Positions 37,401 to 46,800 of a stretch of DNA of 54,933 nt are shown in pieces. This stretch comes from Hormoscilla sp. (GTDB taxonomy: Bacteria; Cyanobacteriota; Cyanobacteriia; Cyanobacteriales; Desertifilaceae): the NCBI GenBank assembly GCA_051439505.1, contig JBFRWI010000093.1, positions 1 through 54,933 of the forward strand, in the 5' to 3' direction. The notes below the pieces were generated by a model. It made no database searches and was not told the DNA's origin. It saw only the letters and a list, made by a program, of their open reading frames with translations. Each line of letters opens with the position of its first letter. The first letter of the stretch is position 1. The translations under genes and the position numbers were made by a program.

Positions 37401-40400
37401 GATGACAAAAACGACAAAAGCTCCCAAAGCTGGCGTGAGATCGACAGGGGCTTGAAAAATACAGATGTGTGGGCCCTGGAGATATCAGATAGACATTACG
37501 TGTCCCGCCTCGTCCTATGGACATATATAGATGAGTGGGTACGTGGCGATCTCATCATATGGGCAGGTACAGGAGGGGGAGTATTTCGCTATGAAAACGA
37601 TCGCTGGGAATCAATGAATGATGAAAAATTGATTAATCTTGAGGTCCGGGATCTGCAGATGTATGAAAAATATGGCGAGCACATCATATTGGCAGGGACA
37701 GCCCGGGGGGTGTTTAAACATAATAACAGTAGCTGGTTCGAGCTAGAAAAGGGTTTAACTTCTAAAGATGTGCGGGCGATAAAAAGTTATCGAGAAAGTG
37801 GTATAGATTACATACTGGCAGGGACGGCAGAGGGAGTATTTAGACATAATGGCGGTAGCTGGATCGAGCTGGAAAACGGCTTGACTTCTAAAAATGTGCG
37901 CGTTCTCAAGATCGATGAAACGAGTGCCGATCGCACGATCTGGGCAGGGACAGCAGCAGGATTATTTGCATATAATGTCAGTAATGACAGTAATGACAGT
38001 GGCTGGCAGGAAGTGACAGGCTGGGAGAACGCCGATGTCCGCACGATCGCGATAGAGGAGAGTGAAACGGAAGGCGATCGCATCATCTTGGCGGGGACAG
38101 CTGGCGGAGTGGGGACAGGCGGCGGAGTATCGAGGCTAGGGAATGACAACAGGCAGGTACTTACTGCTGACTCCCCCGAGAATGTTAGCGCTGTGGAAAG
38201 TTATGCAGACAATGATAATATATACATATTGGCAGGAACAGAGTCGGGGATATTTCGCCGCCAAGTTGATGAAATCAAATGGGAGAAGTTCGATCGTGAT
38301 GGTTTGAGTAACGAGAAGGTCAAAGCCCTGGAGATTTATGCAGAAAAGGGCGATCGCTATCTGTTGGCAGGGACGGAAGGGGGCATATTTCGCCTAAATC
38401 TGGACGAGGCGAACGGGACATGGGAAGATATTACCCATGACTTGGCTAAGAAAGATGTCCTGGCTGTAGCAACTTATGCCGAAAGTGGAGTACGCACTAT
38501 ATTTGTGGGGACATCATTAGGAGATGTATTTAGCTTAAAGTCCGATAGCCAATCCTGGATTCAGTTTGATAATAGCCTGCCCAATGAAAGAGATGTTCAA
38601 TCTCTGGCAACCTATGAGTTAAGGGGCGATCGCTACCTGTTTGCCGGGACGGGGTCGGGAGTATTTCGCCTCCAGTTGGGGAAACATGCTTGGGAGGAGT
38701 ACAATCAGGACTTGACGGATCGAAATGCTTTGGCACTCGAGATCTATGACGATAGCGGCGATATCTCCCTCTTGGCAGGCACTAGCACCGGCTTATTCGG
38801 TCTGGATCTCAAAGACGTGACAGCAAGCTGGCGCCCGTTCTCTGATAGCTGGCCCCATGATGATAAAACAGTTCAGGACCTGAAAACTTACAACTACAAT
38901 GACTTGCGCTATATATTGATAGCGAACGGAACGGGAAGCATATTTACCCGAGACTATGGCGGGAATAGCTGGCAGGATATTCCCGATGAGGGGTTGACCA
39001 ATAGTGATGTGCGCAGTCTGAAAATTTATCAATACCAGAGCAATAACTACCTATTGGCAGGAACGGCAGGGGGCATATTTCGCCGAGAACTGGATGGCCA
39101 GACCTGGAACCGCTTCGATAATGGCTTGACCAATACTGATGTATACGCCCTGGAAAGGTATGAAAAGGATGAAGAGTTCCTATTGGCAGGGACCGCAGAA
39201 GATGTATGTCGTCGCCAGATGGGAGAAAAGAATTGGCAGAAGCTGGCCAGGGGATGGATAAATCGCCAAGTCCGCGCTCTCAAGATTTACGAACATGATA
39301 GCAAGCTCTATATCTTGGCAGGGACAGAGTCAGGGGTATTTTACCTGGAGTTGAACGGCGAAGAACAGTGGCACTCCCTCAATAATGATGATTCCTCCGA
39401 GCAGAGATTGCAGGATAAGGATGTGCGTACTCTCGATATTTACGAGCAAAATGGCCAGTCCTACATCTTGGCGGGGACAAAATCAGGAGTATTTAGCGGC
39501 TTGCTAGTGTCGGAGAATGGCAAAGACACGGCGATCTGGACGCCACAGAATCAATTATTGACGAATACTGATGTCTATAGCCTCGCTGTCTATACCGAAG
39601 CTGGCGAAACAACCCTGTTTGCAGGCACCAGGGGCGGCAATATCTATCGCTGGCACATAGACCGCCAAGACAGTAGCTGGGAACAAATGCGACAAGGTCT
39701 GGCAAATGATGTCCGGGCGATCGCGCTAAGTTCCCAAGGTCAAGTATTTATCGGCACTGGCAACCTCAGCATCTTAAAGGGAACGGAAAGCGTGGAAGGA
39801 ACTCAAATGCTGCCGGGAGACTCCCTATCTATCTTGCGGCGTCGCGAACTTACCGATGATGGCACCTTAAAAGAAGCAATGCCTTCGCGATCGGATGTGG
39901 ATCCAGGCAGTAAGGTGCATTGGGATCTGATCGATCGACTGGGGTTTAAGGGGGAGATTACCACGGCACCAGAGGAAATTATCCTGGAAGCTGCTACCGA
40001 AGCAGACAAAACTATCAGCGAGGTGGCATCCCTGCGGAATATAATTCACGGACAGATGGGTACCCAGCTCCAGCTTGAAGAACCCCTAATCAATAGCTAC
40101 GATCGCACGACAGTTACCATCAATGGCAATGTGGCCTTGGTCACCCACGGCGAGACCATATCCGATGAAGTGCTGGGTAGCGGTGATGGCAGCAAGATCA
40201 ACCAGGAATTCGTGCTGAAAAATCCGCCCTTAACCTACATCACTGCTGATACGGCCAGCGGCAGCGAAAGCACCCTGACCGTGCGGGTGGATGGTTTACT
40301 CTGGAAAGAAGTTTTCTCTCTGTACCAGTTGAAATCCGCCGAACAGTCCTACATGACGCGGATAGACGACGATGGCCAGACGCGCATTATCTTTGGCGAT

Positions 40401-41231
40401 GGTTACAGGGGGGCGCGACCGACAACTGGTCAGGAAAATATTACCGCTACCTACCGCAGTGGTCTGGGTCCGGACGGAGAAGTTGAAGCTAACACTATCA
40501 CCCTCGTGCAAACCGCTCCTTTAGGAGTAGTGGAGGTGACAAATCCCCAAGCAGCAACCGGTGCAGCTCCCCCAGAAACCCGGGCAGAAGCTCGCCACAA
40601 TGCTCCCCTCAACACCCTGTCTTTGGACCGCATTATTTCTTTGCGGGATTACGAATATTTTGTCGGTGGCTTCTCTGGCATTGGTAAGGCCCAAGCTGCG
40701 GAGCTGAAAACTCAGCAAGGTAACAGTATGGTCCAGGTGACGATCGCAGGTCGCAATGGTGACGAAGTTGCTCGGGACTCCAATCTTTATACTCAGATCG
40801 TAGAGGCTGTTGATGACGCTCGCGACCCCACTCTGCGGGCAGCAGCTAGTGGCTCGGCTTCTGAGTTCAGCCTTGACAGTTACCAGCTTCTTTTGTTTAA
40901 TATCGAAGCGAAACTCTGGATCAATTGGCAATATCTGGCCAGCGCTGTGATTCCGGAGGTGGAAAAGGCCCTCCAAGAGGAGTTTACCTTTGAAAAACGG
41001 GCCTTCGCTCAAGATGTAACGGCGGCGGAAATTGTCCAGTTGATTCAGTCAATTAATGGGGTTGACGGAGTAGATCTGGATGCGCTTTACTTAAAAGAAA
41101 GCGATCGACAGCTAAACCAAATCCTAGAAGCTCAGCCAGCTTACTGGGATGGTCTGGAGGTTCAACCAGCTGAACTGCTATTACTTAATCCGGCGGCTGG
41201 CAGTATAGATTTGCAGGAGGTGATTGTATGA
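34434..41231 (+). CDS. Giant baseplate J-like protein with large beta-propeller repeat insertions
   Basis: N-terminal DPAIALLD.WA..VLTFYQERIANEG, C-terminal FGDG..GARP..YRSG.G..ISLRDYE; more than 25 internal 'GL.N.DVR.L..ILAGT.GGVF' repeats. Confidence 0.85.
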   Translation: MTSSTENQPEEIYNQPGLLSLSYRITRHDDSLRRMLAQLHTQTSPPDDKKGDRPLAKLTTSHRNDPAIALLDGWATVMEVLTFYQERIANEGFVNTATERLSVLELSRTVGYELDPGVAASTHLAFTIEESDDVPEIVIVPEGVRVESVPIADEDPQIFETIETLEMRGAWNILQPYFPSVTIPQEIGEDTVELKLSGTETELAEGDALLVVEEQVEPYESRYLTLLAVEPNDEEDYTLVSWSGGLGWEPRSEIQVHSLPEQATLFGSDAPDWNELSPEEKRLYGHDTGGVFSYINTTEWKSISTGLLKNADVRALVRETHTGSLFVGTHNGIFRSRDEGKNWVEMNRGLTNIDIYSLAVNEKGYLFAGATEGNVFRSIDLGESWVEIGSGGVSIVIQYQVPSVDSLQSAADTLKGAADSLEGAADSLDGGEGNAEEIIRGAETTTRNAETTTRGAAATLDTLPGDVEDYDAWVVKKTKYIETSLPSSIIRCLAVYDNIIYAGTEYGIFGSQDSGRKWKDLNKGDNEPPEVSGDITELSGHIVYAIARIDHQIFVGTDGGVFYSNADSNGWIDGQGWNDNGMSTQIAYSLVALQEEPGYLFAGTKAGVFIRTMDEGTWVQKNNGEMTSETTVYSLSVVSNESSEYIYAGTNQGVFYSQVTTPGDAVNVTWTKINNGLINRDIRSILGYADGGTIALLAGSWFDRLYTTEWPGFELADRQDIDLNGTYENILAGSWLVLTHDDRYAKNRSQAYKVKRAATVLANDFGQNGKITRIYLETGEGLIDFGGEKYRETEVKLESVALELFEEVIQEEPPVEGDEIELDKVVPGLEAKRKIIISGKQMRVRIPPMGGVVRQSLLSDKTWATLVNDLTKDGQKDWTYTDVNDLLVHKESHREKIFAGTGGGVLTLELGSDIWLELTSIRSVKYYDEGETRYILAGTAAGVFRYDGTSWSHMNTGLKNTDVRALEIYEDVEGNISIIAGTGGGVFIYDDKNDKSSQSWREIDRGLKNTDVWALEISDRHYVSRLVLWTYIDEWVRGDLIIWAGTGGGVFRYENDRWESMNDEKLINLEVRDLQMYEKYGEHIILAGTARGVFKHNNSSWFELEKGLTSKDVRAIKSYRESGIDYILAGTAEGVFRHNGGSWIELENGLTSKNVRVLKIDETSADRTIWAGTAAGLFAYNVSNDSNDSGWQEVTGWENADVRTIAIEESETEGDRIILAGTAGGVGTGGGVSRLGNDNRQVLTADSPENVSAVESYADNDNIYILAGTESGIFRRQVDEIKWEKFDRDGLSNEKVKALEIYAEKGDRYLLAGTEGGIFRLNLDEANGTWEDITHDLAKKDVLAVATYAESGVRTIFVGTSLGDVFSLKSDSQSWIQFDNSLPNERDVQSLATYELRGDRYLFAGTGSGVFRLQLGKHAWEEYNQDLTDRNALALEIYDDSGDISLLAGTSTGLFGLDLKDVTASWRPFSDSWPHDDKTVQDLKTYNYNDLRYILIANGTGSIFTRDYGGNSWQDIPDEGLTNSDVRSLKIYQYQSNNYLLAGTAGGIFRRELDGQTWNRFDNGLTNTDVYALERYEKDEEFLLAGTAEDVCRRQMGEKNWQKLARGWINRQVRALKIYEHDSKLYILAGTESGVFYLELNGEEQWHSLNNDDSSEQRLQDKDVRTLDIYEQNGQSYILAGTKSGVFSGLLVSENGKDTAIWTPQNQLLTNTDVYSLAVYTEAGETTLFAGTRGGNIYRWHIDRQDSSWEQMRQGLANDVRAIALSSQGQVFIGTGNLSILKGTESVEGTQMLPGDSLSILRRRELTDDGTLKEAMPSRSDVDPGSKVHWDLIDRLGFKGEITTAPEEIILEAATEADKTISEVASLRNIIHGQMGTQLQLEEPLINSYDRTTVTINGNVALVTHGETISDEVLGSGDGSKINQEFVLKNPPLTYITADTASGSESTLTVRVDGLLWKEVFSLYQLKSAEQSYMTRIDDDGQTRIIFGDGYRGARPTTGQENITATYRSGLGPDGEVEANTITLVQTAPLGVVEVTNPQAATGAAPPETRAEARHNAPLNTLSLDRIISLRDYEYFVGGFSGIGKAQAAELKTQQGNSMVQVTIAGRNGDEVARDSNLYTQIVEAVDDARDPTLRAAASGSASEFSLDSYQLLLFNIEAKLWINWQYLASAVIPEVEKALQEEFTFEKRAFAQDVTAAEIVQLIQSINGVDGVDLDALYLKESDRQLNQILEAQPAYWDGLEVQPAELLLLNPAAGSIDLQEVIV

Positions 41232-43783
41232 ACCAGTCAACAGTAGTGACGGAGCGACTTTACAACCTTTTACCGGCTATCTACCGTCGGCAAGACTTCT
41301 TCCAAGGAGAACCCCTCCGGGCCTTGCTGGCGATCGTCGAGCAAGAACTGGGGGTCCTAGAAGCTGATATCAATAACCTGTACGAAAACTGGTTCATCGA
41401 AACCTGCGATATGTGGGTGATGCCCTATATTGCTGAATTGGTAGGCATATCTGACCTGAAGGACCCGGAGAAGATATTCCCAATTCAGCGCAGTCGCATT
41501 GGCAATACGATGCGCTACCGCCGCCACAAGGGCACTCCCAGAACCCTGGAACTGGTAATTGAGGACACGACGGGGTGGACAGTGCGGGTGGTGGAAATGT
41601 TTAAGTACGTACTGACCAGCCAATACATCCAACGCCCCCGCATCGAGGAGATGGCTAGCTTTACTCTGAGATCGGATGATGGGACTCAAAGTACGGAAGT
41701 GCTAGCGACGCGGGACTTTTTTGACACTAATGCTCATACGTTAGATATCCGGGCTTTTGATGTCAATAACATCAGATATAACCTCAAAAGTCTCAGTCTA
41801 TTTATCTGGCGTCTGGAAAGCTATCCGGTGAAGCGCAGTACCCCCTACTACCGGCAGCAACTGCCAATCCGGACGGCCCATCTCACAAACTGGCAAAGCA
41901 GCACCTATGAATACGAACATGCTGTTTTTGGCTTTGATACCGAACCAAGTCAGCGCAAACATACTCCGGTAATCACTCCCAGACCGATCGTCAGCCAAAG
42001 GGATTGCTATTACAAGTCTAAAATTAATCGAACGGATTGGTATTGCCAGCCGGCACTCTACCTCACGGGGTGCTATACTTTCCATCCCCTGGGTTACGAT
42101 ATGCCTCTGTTTAACCGTCCCCAAGCTAGAGAAAATATGTGGGAACATAAGTTGGACAGCAGGGAACTGCCGATGGTTATCAGTCATGAGGCTTTTCAAG
42201 AAGACTTGGGACCCTTCCAAACCGAATCTCCTCGGGAACCGGAGTGGGACGAGCGATTTATCAAAATATTTCAATTCAGCGATCGCGACGAGCAAAGATA
42301 TCCCAACGACTGGTTGCAGTATGATGATACGCAGAATAAGACTTTTAGTCTGGCAGAGACGGATAAAGAATATCGTCAGTCCGTTTCCCTGGAACTGGTA
42401 CCGGATCCCCAAGTGGAACGGCAGCCGGTGGAACTCAATAGCGATTACTATTATGGCCCCGATCGCAGCTTAGCTATATACATACGTATATGTAAAGGGA
42501 AAAAACGGCACCAAGTCTGTGAGTTTAAGCCAGTGCCCCCGGGAAATATAGAGGCGAAAAAATTAACTAATTGGGAATCGCCCTCAGCAGGTAAGATAGC
42601 AGTAGATGTGGAATTGGGACGGCTGATGTTCGCCCCCGGAGAAGACCCGGGTTGGGATAACGTACAGGTGAATTATAGTTACGGCTTTAGTGGGAATATG
42701 GGTGGCGGCCCTTATAACAGAAGCCAAACTCTGGCAAACTATACGGATAACGTGCGGTGGGTGGCAAGAAATATTCCTGAAGATGACCCGCAGTGGTATA
42801 CTGAGCTGGCAGATGCGATCGCGGACTGGCAGAATAGCGGAGAGGACCATGGAATTATCAGGATAATGGATAATAAAGCTTACTTTGGCGGGCGGCAGGC
42901 AGATATGCCAGTAGTGCCGGAACCGATAAGGATAAAATTAAGGGCATGCGATCGCTTGACAATCGAAGCAGGGAATGGTTATAATCCGAGTATCAATCCT
43001 CTGGGAGGCGATATAATTGTCATAGGAACAGAGGAGGAGGCGACTTTGCGACTAAATGGTTTGCTGTGCGGTGGTAGAATAGTGGTGGCAGGAAATGTCC
43101 GGCTGGAAGTGGACCACTGTACGATTAAGCCAAAGCGAGAATCAGAGCAAAAACAAGATAGTATTGTGGGAGTTGCCGAAAAGTCCTATAATATGAAAGT
43201 CCAGATTACCAACAGCATTGTGGGCAAGGTGGAACTACCGGCAGATAGCCAAGAGCTGGTGGTGCAGGACAGTATCATAGATGGAGAACCGGGATATGAA
43301 AAAGAGGCGATCGCCTATGGTGCAGGTAGCTACGGTCCGATAGCGAAGATCGAGCGATCGACAATTTTCGGTAGGGTATATAGTAAAGAGATGCTCCTGG
43401 GTTCGGAAACAATATTTAACTCACCGGCGATGGTTAGAGAAGAGGAAAATGGCGGTATGCGCTATAGCTACGCACCGGTAGGTTATAAGATAGAGGAAGA
43501 ATATGAATGTTACCCAATGCCAGAACGTTATGAGTGCCAGCCAGAGAAGAGCTTGCGATCGGGGGTAGTAAAACCGAGTTTTACATCGCGGCAGTACGCT
43601 CAACCGGGTTATGCTCAATTAAGCCTGGACTGTCCTCAAGAGATCGCATCGGGTGCGGGCAATGGGGGAGAAATGGGAGCGTTCAATAATTTGAAGCGAC
43701 CTCAGCGGGAGGCGAACCTAGAAGATAGCTTGGAAGAATACCTGCGCTTTGGTCTGGAAGTGAATAAGGTATACAAAAATTAA
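41228..43783 (+). CDS. CIS baseplate/tail protein (P2 gpI-like N-terminus)
   Basis: RLYNLLPAIYRRQD..LYENWFIETC..YRRHKGT; VDVELGRL; C-terminal GEMGAFN..LEEYLRFG. Confidence 0.8.
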   Translation: MNQSTVVTERLYNLLPAIYRRQDFFQGEPLRALLAIVEQELGVLEADINNLYENWFIETCDMWVMPYIAELVGISDLKDPEKIFPIQRSRIGNTMRYRRHKGTPRTLELVIEDTTGWTVRVVEMFKYVLTSQYIQRPRIEEMASFTLRSDDGTQSTEVLATRDFFDTNAHTLDIRAFDVNNIRYNLKSLSLFIWRLESYPVKRSTPYYRQQLPIRTAHLTNWQSSTYEYEHAVFGFDTEPSQRKHTPVITPRPIVSQRDCYYKSKINRTDWYCQPALYLTGCYTFHPLGYDMPLFNRPQARENMWEHKLDSRELPMVISHEAFQEDLGPFQTESPREPEWDERFIKIFQFSDRDEQRYPNDWLQYDDTQNKTFSLAETDKEYRQSVSLELVPDPQVERQPVELNSDYYYGPDRSLAIYIRICKGKKRHQVCEFKPVPPGNIEAKKLTNWESPSAGKIAVDVELGRLMFAPGEDPGWDNVQVNYSYGFSGNMGGGPYNRSQTLANYTDNVRWVARNIPEDDPQWYTELADAIADWQNSGEDHGIIRIMDNKAYFGGRQADMPVVPEPIRIKLRACDRLTIEAGNGYNPSINPLGGDIIVIGTEEEATLRLNGLLCGGRIVVAGNVRLEVDHCTIKPKRESEQKQDSIVGVAEKSYNMKVQITNSIVGKVELPADSQELVVQDSIIDGEPGYEKEAIAYGAGSYGPIAKIERSTIFGRVYSKEMLLGSETIFNSPAMVREEENGGMRYSYAPVGYKIEEEYECYPMPERYECQPEKSLRSGVVKPSFTSRQYAQPGYAQLSLDCPQEIASGAGNGGEMGAFNNLKRPQREANLEDSLEEYLRFGLEVNKVYKN

Positions 43784-43810
43784 CAAGAAGTAACAAGAAG
43801 TAACAAGAAG
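43781..43810 (+). repeat. 10-bp tandem repeat x3
   Basis: TAACAAGAAG x3 between the tail and fibre genes. Confidence 0.9.
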
Positions 43811-43825
43811 AGTGAGGAGAGAGTC

Positions 43826-46800
43826 ATGAAAGGTGATTATACCCGTTCGACGTTCGATGCAAGCAAGCCCTACAGCAGCGTCCGGCTACAGCAAGGCCGG
43901 GTACTATTAGATGCTGACTGGAACGAACAACAGGAGATAAATGAGTACCGGGAGACGACAACAAATAAGGAGATTATCGGGGACGGTGGGTCGGCGGAGT
44001 TGGAGAGCTTTAAGGTAAAGAGTATAACCGACGAAGAGATTATTGAGTTGGGGGAAGGGATATGTTATGTGGAAGGGATCCAGTGCGAACATAAGGCGTC
44101 GTCCGAGGAAGAAGTTCTGAGTTTGGAGGAGAACAAGACGGCTGGTGATTACCTAATATATCTAGAGGTATGGCAGCATCACAGGACGGCAATAGAAGAT
44201 GAAAATCTGCGGGAAAAGGCCCTAGGGGGACCGGATACAACGACGCGAACCCAGACTCACTGGCAGGTGAAGGGGTCGAAAATTGTAAGCAAACAGAAAT
44301 GGCTGAAAGAGTGGGAAGAGATTTTGTCGGCGAACTCACCAAAAGGAAAGCTAGAGGTTCAGAGTACGGCAGGAAGTCTTGGTAACGATCTTTACCGGGT
44401 AGAAATCCACAAGGTGAAGGGACAGGATGATGATGGAGGGGGACCTGTACCGGAAACAACGTTTAAGTGGGCTCGGAACAATGGGGCGATCGCGGCGCGA
44501 GTGGAGGCAATTACGACGGATGGGACGATAGTTACCATAAAGAGCAATCCGCAAGCGCAATTCGCTGGGGAAAATTGGATAGAGATAAATTCCGAAGAGA
44601 GAGAACTGGCGGGGTTACCAGGGTATTTTGCGAAGATCGATAGTGTAGAAGAAAATAATCGGCTGATTCTGAATGATGAGGATAATGAGTTAAAAGAATT
44701 AAGTCCCGAAGAAGCGCTGGATCCACAAAATCAAATCACAACGGCGCGACTTTGGGGGGATGAAGCAAAAAAAATCGCCAGCGATGATTCTATAGATGAT
44801 GGGTATATAACACTGGAGAAGGATCTAAAAATAAAGTTTGAGGATGACGAGGAGAAGTACAGGACGGGGGATTATTGGTTAATACCGACCCGCAGTCAAG
44901 AGGCAGTTGTGTGGGACGGTGATGGAGAAGAACCCCACGGGATTGACTATTACTACTGTCCTTTGGCGATCGCCCACTATAGCAGCACCGGCGGTTGGGA
45001 GGTGGTAAAGGATTGTCGGAAAGTTTTCCCAGCGCTGACGGAGGTGTTGCGGGAAACGGCGGTGACGAATGGTGATGAAGATACGATAGGTACGTCCTTG
45101 TCCCTGGGAGTTCACAGCTACAATGACTCCCGTCGCGCTAGCGATCCAGAAAAGGCAGAACATACAGACGATAAGCTGGACATTCAAGGTGGGAAGCAGC
45201 TGAAGTTGAATGTGGGCTATTGGCAGGATGAACTTGGTGGGGCTCTACCTGATGTGCCTGATGCAGCGATGAGCTTCTGCGTGAACGATCGGGAGGTGAT
45301 GAGCCTTGACAAAGATGAGTTGAGATTAGAAGAATCGGTCAGTATAAATAAAGGTCTGGCGGTAGCAGAGAATCTCACGGTGACTGGGACAAGTCACCTT
45401 CAGGGCGCAGTCAGTATAGGTGTGGATCCTCCAGAAGAGGCGATCGGGCTCAAGGTGAAGCCAGCGTTGGAGGTGCCCGAAGTTGGTGGTAGTGAGGTCG
45501 TGGGGCTGAAGTTAGAGCCGACTTTGACAGCGAGAAACTCAGGCGACCGGCTGACAGGCTTACATATTAAGCCGGATTTTAAAGAAAACCGTGCCAGTGA
45601 ACTTAAAAAGTATGGGTTGATAGTAGAAAAGGGGAAAGTAGGTATTGGTAGCGCTCTGAATGCCCAGGGAAATATCAGTATCGGGGTGGATGTGCGACCG
45701 GAAGTAATTGCCAAGGACGCCGGAGACAAGCTCGTCGGGTTACATATTAAGCCCAACTTTGACAACAGCTATCAAGGTCAGGTAGAGCGGTATGGGTTGA
45801 TGGTCGAAGAGGGGAAAGTTGGCATCGGAAGTCAAGCTCTGGCGAGGGAAGAGGACCAGGACAAGCTCAGGGTCGGGGTGGACGTGCAACCAAAAGTGAT
45901 TGCTAAAGATCCTGACGATCGGCTGGTAGGATTATATATTAAACCCGAATTCAAAGAATGCTGTGGGATAGATGACGGCGCGAAGTATGGGTTGATAGTA
46001 GAAGAGGGGAAAGTCGCGATCGGGCCTAAGAAAAATTCTGAGTACCCGGTGGAGATTGACGGTGAAGCATCGAGAGTCAAAAATTTGACGGTGACAGGAA
46101 CGCTGGAGGTTTACGGACAAGTAACACAGCACGCCGAGAAAGACGAGGCAGGGGATATATATCTGGGCCAGCAAAATGAAGATGGAGTGATAGTCCATGC
46201 AAGCTTGAGTACGGCTCATACATCGGATAAGCTGAAGGTGACTAGCCCCTTGGAGATCGAGCTAACCGATGTGACCGATACTGACAAGCAAGATTTTCTG
46301 TCGCTGTTTTCGACGAACGCCAGTGATGTTAATGGCAGGATAGTCTGGAAGAAGGGTACAGTAACAGAGCCTGGGGAAGAATACGCAGAAGAGGCTACAG
46401 AAGTAGCGGCTATTTATTCGACGGTAAAGGGAGACGGACGCGAAGGGGACTTAAGGTTTGGCACGAGTGATGGGACGCTGGCAGACCGGATGGTCATTAC
46501 AGCAGATGGTAAGGTAGGCATCGGAACTGATAGCCCGGGAACAAATCAGCTGAAAGTCACGGGGACTACGAGCCTAGAGGATCTGGTTGTCGAGAATGGG
46601 TTGACGGTAACAAATGGTGGGTTGATAGTAGAAAATGCCGATACCAATATGGAAAGCTTGGTACTCAGCGGTGCCGGTAATAGGCTTAACCCAACTCTGA
46701 AGGTTCCCGAGGGAAATGTATGTATAGGGGCAGAAGAAATTCCCAGGGAAAGGTTGCGGAATAACTTGTCCCCGAAGTTGTATGTAAAAGGCAATTTAGT

